Part shown: positions 16,531 to 31,280 of the stretch, piece by piece | Layout: each line of letters opens with the position of its first letter | How positions within the stretch are numbered: the first letter of the stretch is position 1 | Assembly: GCF_009914755.1 (NCBI RefSeq) | Contig: NC_060937.1 | DNA length: 64,000 nucleotides | From: the human T2T-CHM13v2.0 reference genome, Homo sapiens | Strand: one strand, 5' to 3' | Made by a program: the position numbers and the translations under genes | The notes under the pieces: model-generated | Told to the model about the DNA's origin: nothing | What the model saw: the letters and a program-made list of their open reading frames with translations, nothing else | Database searches by the model: none

Positions 16531-18807
16531 TGATTTAAAGTTTATTTGTATTGAATTTTTCTTAATTACCTTCAATATTAAAACCAACTTTTTTAAGTCC
16601 TTAGAGGATTTGAATACACTGACATCAGTTTTAGGAATATTGGTTAAAAATAACTCTGGGAAGTTTCAGTTGTGTTGGCATCACCCAGTCCTTGCTCTGA
16701 GCTCATGCAACATAAAGTCAGTACACCCCAGAGCCACCTCAGCTGCTCCAACTCTTGCTGATGTTTTTTTTTTTTAAAAGTTGAAAATTATATACATTTT
16801 CCTTTCAGCTAGCATTTTTAGTGAAATAATTCCAGTTTATATTTAAGCTTTTTGATTTTACATGCAAAATATATCATTACAACCATTAAAAAATATTTCA
16901 TGTAAAAAAATAAATAAATAAAATGACTGAGAGGAATTATCTAGGAAAAGGTGTTAGATCACAAAGGAAGATTAAAAGCCCTCCATGGGGAAGGAAGACA
17001 TGAGAACTGTTTGGGACCTTCAGAAGATAAAAAATGCGAACCTTGAGAAGAGAAAGAAAAAATAAAGAGTTTTAGTGTTAGTGTTAACTACCCTTATGTG
17101 AGGGTAGTAGCCCTAGAGTGAAGTGGGCCACTAGAAAAACAATATATTAGAAGTATGTAAATGAAAAGTAAAGTAGCACAAAAAAATAGTAATATCAAAG
17201 GTGAGTTTGGAAAATGAGAAGATGTGGACTTCTCTAAATTGATCAATGTTTTTGACATCATCAATTTATTTGCATAAGTTGAGATGTGTACTTTACACCT
17301 ACTTCAAGTATTTCTGATACTTACCACAAGAATTTTTCTCCACTAGATAGACTAGTTATGAGTTTTTCACTGGCTAATTGTGTGTTCTATAAGATAAGAA
17401 CACTGTGGGCCAAAGGTACTGCTGAAAAAAGAAACGGAAAAAATGGTGCAAATTAAAGATTATCATGGAGATGACATTGTCCTGATTCTTCATAGCAAGG
17501 GATCAACCAAACAGCCATGGAACCTAATTTAACTGTCTTCTGTTTGAAAGACTACCCAAAGGAAGAGTGAGGAAGGCATTTTTACTCACAGGAAGGAAAA
17601 TAAAGAAGTTGCTTGAATAGGGCAACACATTTTTGGCTCCCAAATATTTCATTGATCTATTATAGCTTTGCTATCTAGCATGCACAATACCATCAGCTAA
17701 ATTCAGTGTGAATGGGGGAAGTAGTATTGTGTGTGTTTAAAATTTTAGTGCGCCAGTGCTCCACATCCACTCAATTGAAGTGGAGCCAGTCCTGTCCCAG
17801 AAACAGTTCAGCAGTTTGAGAAAGGCCAGATGAAGTTTCATGTGAAATGATGTTCGCAGAGGAAGAAGGATGAAACAGATTGTGGCCTGCAGACATACAG
17901 ATGGGGGTTATTTTAAAAACATCACCAATGAATTCTGGATGCTTATATATCTGAATTGTACATCAGTTACTTACTTACAGTTAATACTCTCTAAACCATT
18001 AAAGAAGGAATGAAAGTAATAAAATTAATTGTTCATTCATTAGCCCAAGAGCTTTTACATTGTACAAAATGGCTATAGAATATCAGCCTGATTGTATCAG
18101 CAATGGGTTATGCCTTTGGTACCAGGGAGTGCAATCTTCATACTCCCTAGATAGAGCATGCCTTCCCTAGAATGGCTTCTGGGAACCTAACTTTTCTTCT
18201 TTCTTACCTGAGTTGCTCTCCTCTTGAGGGAAGGCATCCATCTCTTCCTGGGGTATTGTTCAGTATCCTGATTCATGCTCTCACCTGGTGCCACATCCCA
18301 AAGTAACCTGAATGTTACTGTTTTTGTCATCTTTATTAATTATCATTTAACTTCGATTATGTAGAAAAACATGGCTATAGAGTATTTTCTAACTGGACTA
18401 GAATTCTATTTCTGTGCCCTACTACCTATGTGGCTTAGATTGAATCATTTCTCCTTCTCTAGGTCTAAATGGACCTTTTATAGGTGGGCTTTGCTGCTTT
18501 TATCCCCAAGGTGCTCTGTTAATGATTGTTTCTTTGCTGTGTGGCAAGAACATTACTACAAATGGAGAAATTAGAAATAAGATGAACATTGTCTCTGAGG
18601 GGAAATCATGAGTTAAGGTTTGGATATGCTGAGATTGAATCAATATGAATTTAACCCATTGGTGTTCACTCATGGCTGGTGCTTAAGGAGCTAAAGCTAA
18701 ATATCCCTGGACTGGTGTGTACATAACCTGAGCTTGTTCAATGCAGAGTGCTTTAAAACCTTCCATGACTCCCTGCTTTCTTCAGGCTGACATCCAAATA
18801 TGACAAA

Positions 18808-19009
<202 letters not shown>

Positions 19010-19087
19010 TAGTAATGTAAGATTTTAACAACTTTTTAGTGGAGGTATTTCTTTTTATCTGAATCTTCCATCAAGTGCCAAATGCTT

Positions 19088-19790
<703 letters not shown>

Positions 19791-20308
19791 GAGAAAAGTC
19801 AAGTTCTATTTTATCACAAAGAGGCATTACCTATTATATGGGCAAAAAAAGATGTGAAAACATGCCTTTGTTTAACAGAATGGCCACATTCTGTTAAACA
19901 AAACAATATTCTACAGGATATTTATGATCTATGTAGAGTTAGTATTTCTATTCTTTGTAGAACCCTGTTGCAGTTCTACATCTATTTCAATCCTGCCTTT
20001 CAATAAAATGCTAAACTATCATATTTGTCTTTTAACCTAATCGTCATACCTTTTAAGAAAGCATCAGCTAACTTTATCTTAAAATCTTGATCTTTGCAGC
20101 ATTCAAATATTGGTACAGACGACATATGGGTTCTATAATAATCTTATTGTGGTTATCTTTATTATTTAAAACCAAATTACATTTAAATGCATTCTGAAAT
20201 CTTTGAGTACAGGCTGAGAAATAAAAAATAATCTTGTCTGGGAGAGACCATTGTGATTTCACCCACAAATGATAGAAACCTCAAGTATTTGTTCAGGTCA
20301 TTTAGGTA

Positions 20309-20311
<3 letters not shown>

Positions 20312-20343
<32 letters not shown>
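20312..20343 (+). repeat. (GT)n microsatellite
   Basis: About 16 perfect GT units. Confidence 0.97.
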
Positions 20344-20345
<2 letters not shown>

Positions 20346-20885
20346 CATAATTCCACTTGACATTGCAGAAGTCTTTTCTGTTTTAAAATATTAACTCTAC
20401 ATTTGTCTTGAACTGCCTTATATTTACAACACTCCCATTAATATTTTTGACCTGGTCTAGTATTTCAGATAAATTCTTTACCCTGACACAAATCAATAAT
20501 GAAGTGCAGTTTAGTTAAGGCTTCTATTAGGCCTGATTTTCTCAGGGATAATATGTGATATAGTAAACATCTTGCTTTTGCTTATGTGGTACTTCTGGGA
20601 GCGGAACAGTCTGCCCTCGGGCAAATGAATCCCAAGCCAAGGAGGGATGCACCCTTCATATTCTGTTAATTGATTGAAAGGGCAAATGATCTATAGGGAA
20701 AGTTGCATCATTAACTTAATTGAGGGCAAAGCCTAATTAGAGGGGAAATGGAGTAGACAGAGCCAGAGACACAGCAGGCCTTCATCTGTGATGTCAACAA
20801 ACAGACCTTGTAACTAGAACCAGACAGAGACTGCAGGCCTTCATTTACATCTTCAGTTTCAATGTGAAAACATTCACTGTGTGAC

Positions 20886-20916
20886 TGTATGTGTGAGTGT
20901 GTGTGTGTGTGTGTGT
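20886..20916 (+). repeat. Imperfect (GT)n microsatellite
   Basis: TGTATGTGTGAGTGTGTG... Confidence 0.9.
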
Positions 20917-21561
20917 TTGGCCAGGGGAAAAGCAAAAGTTTACATACTTAGATAGAAATCAGTTCCTCCCAGGTGGAAATGCCTAGTGGGAATCAATATG
21001 TTTTAAACAAGTTAACTGAATTGTATATTTGAGAGGTTAATCTGAAACACATTTGAGCTCTAAAACCGGGCGGAAGTGGGGGAGGTCCTATTCTCACTTA
21101 TAGAGCGGACGTAGAAGTAAATCAACCAAACATAAAGATTTTTTTTTCCAACTTGAGTATGGACAGATTACAGTGGGGATTTATTTTGAACACGACTATA
21201 TTACTGTACGAACACATACAAAGTATTTGAACAACATAGGTCAACACCAATTTATCCTACAATAAGTAGCCATTCCGAAATAGGTATAAAATTATACTGC
21301 ATTACAAAAGATAGGAGATATTGATTCCATTACAATGCATGTTGCAAGTGAAGATACCCAGGTTCCCCTATATTTTGTAAGTGAACTGCTTTCTAGCAAC
21401 TCCTGGCTCCTTGATTGTCTTCTTAAAATCAGAAGCCACTGTATCATAAACAACAGTAATAAACTTAGATGCTTCTTAAGTGCTTTAAACTTTGGGTTCA
21501 AATTTGAGCTGAGACTAAGACAGGTGGTGATGGTCAGAACATGTGCTTTTTATTCTTTCAG

Positions 21562-21662
21562 AAAATTCCCTGTCCAACTCGCCGATGAGTGCATTTTTCT
21601 CTGAGTATAGCAAAACAAACAAAACCTTTCACAAGAAATTCCACTTATGAGAAATAAAGAAT
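21562..21662 (+). other. Candidate non-coding exon
   Basis: Acceptor GCTTTTTATTCTTTCAG| and donor AAT|GTAAGC; 101 nt; stop codons in all three frames. Confidence 0.25.
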
Positions 21663-22066
21663 GTAAGCAGACATGTTTTGGCTACAGCACTAGTTGTTAA
21701 AATACATGGGTATTCTTTCAACTGTAGTCATTCATTGACTTTACAAAAGCTGGGCCCCATTTCTTACTTCTTACGCATACACAGATTTGTATATCTAAAT
21801 TTTTTAAAGTATAGCAATCTTAATAAATAGAATGAATGGCTACTGAAATATTTCAGCTAAGAGAGAGAAAATCACACGTTAATTAACTAGAATTTTATTT
21901 GTTTAAGCATACCAAGTAGGTGCTATATCTGAGAAATAAAATAAGCCCTTTTGTATATAAGAAAAAATTCCAGTGACTTTGGGCAGGAAACTAGTATTAA
22001 CATTGTATTAATAGGTTGTCTTATTAGAGATCTGGATCAATTCATCATATTTTCAGATTTAGTTAG

Positions 22067-22456
<390 letters not shown>

Positions 22457-22989
22457 AAGATTTTCAAGTTGCTAAGTCATATTGTCAAAACCGTATATTT
22501 TTCTTGATAACTAATCACAGACAAAGTTTGATCTTAACGGCAATGTGGTCATGAGGAAGAAGTCCAGCTGCAGCCACCAGTCTCAGAAGAAACACGCATG
22601 CTCTATCTTCCAGCAAAGTTCTATTTGTAAATGCTAAACTTACAAATTTCATCCAAAAAGTAACAAGGAATCAGTACCCTATAGTTTGATGACTTTCCTC
22701 AACCACAGGACTCAGGGCAACTAGGCTCAATTGAACAGTTGAATATTGCATTTTTGGTTAAATACAGAGATAATTTCCTTTCCATCTCAGATTGCATTTA
22801 CTGAGAGATTGTTGTGAGTTGCAGTAAAACATAACTTTTGGTGTACTAATAACAGCATATCCATTTTTTCAAATCTAAATCCAAGGAGTTATTGGATTAT
22901 GTTTAGCAGTATTTTCACCATACATCCATACTCCCTTCAGACTTTTTAACATTTTTCTCATCATGTTTTAGAAAGAGAAAAGATAACTC

Positions 22990-23312
<323 letters not shown>

Positions 23313-24825
23313 GAAAAGGTGACTCTTATTGAAATTATAATTCAGACCTCTGCTAGAGTGGTGGTTTTGAATTAACTGACTGGTTCTACATCTATACTGC
23401 GTTTGCTTCTGGGGAACATGGCTGAAGGCCTTTGCCACCTAAAGGGCCTTGGAGCAGAATAAAAAGTCCAGGTCTCTTTGTGGCAGATATGCTTATATCT
23501 GAACTGATAATAAACACTGCCTGGAACGGGTAAAGGAAGAGAACATGCCACAGGTGTTCCAGTCTTAAGACTCAAAATCCTCCCTGTCATGGGTTCCATA
23601 ACTATAGAATCCCAACACCATTACCAGCAATGCATAAAGAAATCCATGCCCTAAATTTTTTAAAAAACTCAGATAATAATCTTAGTAATTTGTCCATATA
23701 GTGTTAAAATCTGTATAACTAATATTTTGATTTTCTTCTAAATGCTTAATATTAAGTACTTATCATGTTTATCCTCATATTGAGTCCCTATTCTTGGATC
23801 TTAGAGGAAAAAATTTGTGATTTTTTATTAGAAAGATCTGAATTTGAGTCCAGGTGTCATCACTTACCAGTCACGTGATCCAGAGTAACACTAAAGCTTT
23901 TCTTCATTTTCATATGAAGAACTGGAATAGTAATATTTCCTTTGCAGGATAATTGTAAAACTTAATCTAAAATTAAAAGAGACAGGAGGAGTAGGGGGAT
24001 TGAGGGATCAACATTTTATTCTGAGCACAAAGTATGTCTCTCTTGAGTCACAAACCTTGCCCCCAGATCACATTAAAATGACTCAAAGGAAGTGGGAAAA
24101 AGAATAAACTGATAACAATAAAGGGAAGGTAGGGAGTAGGCGTATTCACTAGCAGACAAGAGACGTCAACAAATTCCGGGTAGATATGAGCAGCTGAAAG
24201 CTGCAGAGAAACAAAGGGGAAGAACGCGCATTCCAGAGAATGCCCACAAGGAAGCTTAGTGGGCCATTCTCTTGGTAGTAGCACTATGGGCTCAGAGTTG
24301 ACAACTAGGAGAGCAGGAGTGAGAAACGAAGCAAAAACAAGGGGCTTAGGTCAACTTTCACCTACAGTCCCCTCCACCCCTCCTGCAGGCAGAAAAACTG
24401 ACACCACAGCCCAGCATTTACCTCCAGGCTAATCACTGTAGGGCTTTATCTTCAAAGAGTGAGCAAGCTTCCTGTTTAAAGCTAACCATTCAGTATGGAC
24501 CAGGAGGATAAACTCACCTCCCTCTGCAGTGGAGGGCCAAGCTGCTTTCTGGTCCTCTGCAGGTGAAGTCCGCCACTGGAGCTGATATACCTCCTTTGCA
24601 TCCCGAGCCGCTTTGGGGAGTGGAGGGAGGTGGAGAGAAATCACTGTGGAAGCTGACTTATTTACAGTACAGCTACCCATATCCATGCTGACCACCTGTG
24701 ATATAGGAGGCCTTCATTTTTCACTAAGAGCAGTTAATCACGAATCACTAGATCAATGTGGAAAACCGTTAATTATAGCTATGATTTCTTAGTACTTCCT
24801 ATATAGTAGATTTCATTCAATGTCT

Positions 24826-25132
<307 letters not shown>

Positions 25133-25356
25133 AATGTCTTGATATTTTTAATTCATTTAATCCTACTAGGATTAAAGTATGTTAAGCAGGTACTATAATT
25201 ATCAATGTTTTATAATTGAGGAAACTAAACCACATAGAAGTTGAATTACTTGTCCAAAACTACCTAATTAATAAATGATAGAGCTGAAATTGAAATCCAG
25301 AAATCTGAGTCTCAGACTCTACATTCTTGAAAGCTATGCCATACTACCTTATATTT

Positions 25357-26272
25357 ATCACTTCAAAAAAAAATCTTTTAGTTTCAGGAGTACATATGCA
25401 GGTTTGTTATATATAAACTCGTGTCATGGAGGTTTGTTGTATAGATTATTTTGTCACCCAAGTACTAAGCCTAGTAGTCATTAGTTATTTTTCCTGATCC
25501 CTTCTGTCCTCCCACCCTGCACCCTCCAAAAGGCCTCAGTATGTGTTGTTTCCCTCTTTGTGTCCATGATTTCTCATTATTTAGCTCCCACTTGTAGTAA
25601 GAACATACAGTACTTGGTTTTCTGTTCTTATGTTAGTTTAGGAGGGACAATGGCCTCCAGCTCCATCCATGTCCCTGCAAAGGACATGATCTCATTCTTT
25701 TTATGGCTGCATAGTATTCCATGGTGTACATGTTCCACATTTTCTTTATCTAATCTGCCATTGATGGGCATTTAGGTTGATTCCATGTCTTTGTATAGTG
25801 CTGCAATAAACACATGTGTGCATGTGCGTTTATGGTAGAACAATTTGTATTCCTTTGGGTGTATACCCAGCAATGGGGTTGCTGGGTCAAATGATAGGTC
25901 TGTTTTTAGCAATTTGGGGAATGGCCATACTGCTTTCCACAATAGTTGAACTAATTTACATTCCCACCAACAGTGTATAAGTGTTCCTTTTCTCCGCAAC
26001 CTCACCAGCATCTGTTATTTTTTGACTTTAATAATAGCTATTCTGACTGGTGTGAGATGGTATCTTATTGTCATTTTGATTTTCCTTTCTTTCATATGCT
26101 TGTTGTCCGCAGATATGTTTTCTTTAGAAAACTGTCTGTTGATGTCCTTTGACCACTTTTTAATGGGATTGTTTGTTTGTTTTTTCTTGTACATTTGTTT
26201 AAGTTCCTTATAGATGTTAGATATTAGACCTTTGTTAAATGCATAGTTTGCAAATATTTTCTCCCATTCTTG
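25357..26272 (-). mobile_element. 5'-truncated older L1PA (about L1PA13-16) 3' end
   Basis: ORF2 C-terminus [10 protein letters not shown] (ORF 25772..26011) plus antisense 3'UTR; TSD TACTACCTT(A/G)TATTT at 25342 and 26273. Confidence 0.9.
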
Positions 26273-26329
26273 TACTACCTTGTATTTTAAAAAAGAAAGC
26301 CTTTTTTAAAAAGAGTAAGATAAAGAAAT

Positions 26330-27170
26330 AAACATAATTCAGAGAACAGGAAAAAAAGTGTTTTAATTACTATGCTCAAAGAAATTTGAGAGCTTATGTC
26401 ATGAGCGTCATGAAAATAGAAGCAGAAAAAAGAATGAGCTCTTAGAAATTAAAAACAAAATTGCCAAACTTAAAAGAAAAATCAATAGAATGAGTGGAAG
26501 ATAAAGTTATAGAAGACTTGCAATGTTTTATGAAGTAAAACATTGAAAGAAAAAGATATGCAACATAGAGAATCATTCCAAAAAGTCTAAAATTCAATTA
26601 ATAGAAGTTCCAAAAAGATAGGAAATAGAAAATGGGTAAGAGGAAATTATATAAGATATATTAGAACACTTGAAGTCTTGGTATTTGGTATTAAAGAGAA
26701 AAGGAAAAAAAAAAAAGATATATTAGAACAAAATGTCCCAGTACTGAATGTACAACTTTAGGTTGAAAAAGTCTGACATGTTTTGAGAAACATGAATTTT
26801 AAAATCCATATTCAAAATATATCTTCATGAAATTTTCAGCACATTAAGTCTAAATAGAGGTGTTGAAAACGTCTAGGGAGAAGGGGAAAATGCCTATAAG
26901 GATGAAGGACCACACTGCAGACTGACGAGATTTTCCATCAGCTATCCTGGATGCTAAGGAAACTTTGGGTCCAGGCTTTTCAAATGCCGAGAAGTAATTT
27001 TCTCAAAGGTGAAATACAGTGCGAATTCAACTATTAAGTCAAGGATGGGGGCAAAAGGGAGGCATTTTCACACTGAAATTGATCAAACAAGGTATAATGG
27101 TATAAGCATATTATTTGTATTTACGTATATAACCACCAGAAAAACTAAACATATCAATAGTTGAAAGTGT
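26330..27170 (+). mobile_element. Ancient L1M/HAL1 ORF1-like remnant
   Basis: A-rich decayed ORF1-type text (AATCAATAGAA..GGAAGATAAAGTT..TAATAGAAGTTCCA..GAGGAAATTAT). Confidence 0.5.
26669..26714 (+). pseudogene. Tiny orphan retrotransposed 3' end
   Basis: ATTAAA at 26690, A-tail, perfect 16-bp TSD AAGATATATTAGAACA (26653-26668 and 26715-26730). Confidence 0.7.
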
Positions 27171-27172
27171 AG

Positions 27173-27397
27173 GCCTGGGAAACATAGCAAAACCCCATCT
27201 CTACGAAAAATAGAAAAATTAGCTGACCGTGGTGGTGCAAGCCTGTGCTCCCAGCTATTCAGGAGGCTGAGGTGGGAGGATCAACTGAGCCCAGGGAGGT
27301 CAAGGCTGCAGTCAGCTGTGGACTGTGGTCACACCACTGCACTCCAGCCTGAGCAGGAGAGTAAGACCCTGTCTCCAAAAAAAAAAAAAAAAAAAAA
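27173..27397 (+). mobile_element. 5'-truncated AluJ
   Basis: Starts late in the left arm; GAGGTCAAGGCTGCAGT J-type motif; A-tail. Confidence 0.9.
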
Positions 27398-28122
27398 GGT
27401 GTAATTCTAAGAAGTAAATATGGGAATGAGAAAAAAGCATGAGTCAGGAAATTATTAATTTTTATTGCATGTCATTTTGTACTCTGATTTTTTAAAAATA
27501 ATTTTCAAGTGTTAACTTGTATTTCTTTATTAAAATTGAAAAAAAATAGTATCTAAGGCACATAGTCATTAAATGTTGGTAACCCATTCTATATCAAGGT
27601 TCCATGTACTAACTCTTGCTCCACCACATTTTCTGTATAAGAGCTTGAATGAATTATTTAACTTTCCTCTGCCTCCACTGTGTCTTCTGTAAATCTGGAG
27701 AAAAGTAGTGAGCCTCGAACTTAGGTGTGCTTAGAACCTACCCACCATTCAATGTACAATAGGAATTATTAATGTTATCTTAGATAATATTAATGTACTA
27801 ACTGGCTCTGTCCTTTATGATTTTATAGAAATTTTACATTAGTTCATTTCTTCACAACTGAATTTAGAAAAATCCTTACCAGATATGCAATGAGGTCTAA
27901 ACTAAGATGTTCAAATATTAAATATAAACTACTTATAATTTCAAACAATTTGAAACCATTTAATTTAAAATGTGAGTGTACTCTGATTATTCAAAATTTT
28001 ATATTTATACTAATATAGAGATTCCATATTTGTTTTATAGTAGTCCATTATTAAAAACTTTTGAAATCAAAACCACTGTATTTGCTTTGTAATTTTCCTA
28101 AAGATTGTCCCACAGATGTGAC

Positions 28123-28429
<307 letters not shown>

Positions 28430-29611
28430 AGGATGTGACTATTTCTTACATAAAGGTTGGCACTCTGTGGTTTTAAAGTTGTGTTCAGGGGTATATGTCA
28501 ACCTTGGAAGAAGTTTCATCACGGGAAACACTTAACTTGGGTCTGCTATATCACTGCTTCAAGGATGATGGTTGAAATATAATGCAGAAGACATGCATGA
28601 TCTGAAAAAATGACAAACCACTTGTCTCCTACAAAGTAGTGGTAATTAGGAGAATTAGATGCTGTTACTTCCTGAAGTTTCTATTTGAAATATGACTCCA
28701 AAATTCATCGAAGTCATTACCAAAAACACATCATTTTGTCTGAGACAACAGCATACTAGCTACAATGTTTTGGTGCAATATTGCTCGGTCTCAGTGAAAT
28801 TTGCTTGTAAGAGGATACGGTAAATGTATTAGCTTGGTACTTATCCTACCAAGTACCATACATATGAATGGTAAATGTATTAGCTACTGTAACAGATTAC
28901 TACAAACTTTGTAGCTGAAAACATTAATTTATTATTTTATAGTTCTGGAGATCAGGAATCTGAAGTGGGTGTCACTGGGCCCAAATTAAGGTGTTGGCAG
29001 TGCTGATCTCCCCTGAAGGTTCTAGGAGAGAATTTGTTTCTTCACCTTTCCAGCTTCCACAGGCCACCCTCATTCCTTGGCTAGCAGCCCCTCCCTCTAC
29101 ATGCAAATTTCATCACTTCGACTTCCACTTCCATTGATTGCCACACCTCTTATCTGCCTCTCATCTTCCTGCCTCCCTCTTATAAGTTCCCTTGTGATGA
29201 CATTGGGCCCAACCAGATCATTTAGGATTATCTCCCCATTTCAAGATCTTGAATTTGATCACATCTACAAAGGGCATCTTCCTGTGTAAGGTAATGATGA
29301 GTGCAGGAAATGCTACCCCAAAATATGGCACTTTGGCATACTGAGTATTTTAAGCGGAAAGAAATTGAGAAAACTGCAGAAGCAGAAAGGTCATTCTCTG
29401 ACCTTCTCTGCCTTTCTTCCCTGAGGCCATAGAAAGAATTTGTTTTACCTACCTCTCCTGATAGTAGGTTATAAGATCCTCATTCCAGAGGGGTCCTGCC
29501 CTATACCTGGAGGCCAAGGAGAATCTGAGCAAAGAAGCCTTGCTAAATTTCCCTCAGTTTATTACCATTAGGTCAACCCCCCGTTTTGTCCAGTCATACT
29601 TCTACAAGACT

Positions 29612-29890
<279 letters not shown>

Positions 29891-29943
29891 TGACTTTTCA
29901 ATCTTCATCAAACCTAAGCATACAAATATACAGTTTTCCCTGA

Positions 29944-30249
<306 letters not shown>

Positions 30250-30733
30250 CATAAAACTTTTGTTAAGTAAATTTCTTGTACTTTTCTCTTGTTAATTTGT
30301 CTTTCATTTTAGGGATGTCGGCCATGAACCTTGTGATGAGTGAGAAGAATTTTTAAATTTTTCTCTCCTACAAAAACGTATTCAAAACTTTTAGAGATTA
30401 AGATGTGGCTATATTTTGGGAAACCATTATTCTTTCTACCACATTGAAGTATGAAATTAATCTCAATAATATAGTAATCTAAGCACAAAAAAAGTCTTGA
30501 AAGAAACCAATAAACTTAATCAAAATGAATAAACCAATGATGTGCATTGAACCAGGCTTATTCTATTACCAACACTAAGAAAAGAAAACTCTATTTGACA
30601 TATAGCTATTATATTTGATTGGCATAGTGACTCAGGAGTTCATATTGTTAAAACTACTTTTACCTTCATGAATGCAATGCATTAATGAATATGTGGGAGG
30701 TAGGAGGAGGATGAGGAAGTTGGAGGAGGAGGG

Positions 30734-30804
30734 AATAAAGCATGAGGCATTTATCATTTCATGAGTCATCTTGACATAAAAGGATAAATGCCTCATGCTT
30801 TATT
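30734..30804. repeat. Perfect 22-bp inverted repeat (71-nt hairpin)
   Basis: AATAAAGCATGAGGCATTTATC ... GATAAATGCCTCATGCTTTATT. Confidence 0.95.
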
Positions 30805-30960
30805 ATCCAATGGAAACTTTATTATCAAATGGAAACTTTGTTAATAAATAATAAACAAACATTTTTATTTTGTTGATAATAAAAAATGCTTTGTTATCAA
30901 ATGGAAACTTTGTTATCCAATGAAGTCCATAAAATGGAAACTCTGTTATCCAATGAAATA
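30803..30960 (+). repeat. Interrupted 19-bp tandem repeat
   Basis: TTATC(C/A)AATGGAAACTTT(A/G): three full copies and several partial copies. Confidence 0.9.
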
Positions 30961-31006
30961 ACTGAATTTTATACACACAAACCAAAATAAAGGTGAAGCA
31001 AAAAAA

Positions 31007-31280
31007 TTTTTTTTTGTTTTTTTGTTTTTTTTTTTTTGTTTTTAGAGACAGAGTCTCACTCTGTGGCCCGGGCTGGAGAGCAGTGAGCAATCTCAGCTCA
31101 GCTCCTGAATAGCTGGGACTACAGGCACACGCTGCCACACCCGGCTAATTTTTTGTATTTTAGTAGAGACGGGGTTTCACCTTGTTGCCCAGGCTGGTCT
31201 CAAACTCCTGAGCTCAGGCAATCCGCCCGCCTCGGCCTCCCAAAGTGCTAGGATTACAGGCATGAGCCACCATGCCCGGC
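31007..31280 (-). mobile_element. AluS with an internal right-arm deletion
   Basis: ATCTCAGCTCAGCTCCTGAATAGC junction lacks about 40 nt of consensus. Confidence 0.9.

Noticed and set aside
30803-30960. Repeat-spacer pattern superficially like a CRISPR array
   Set aside because: Primate DNA, irregular or absent spacers, degenerate 19-bp units and no cas genes
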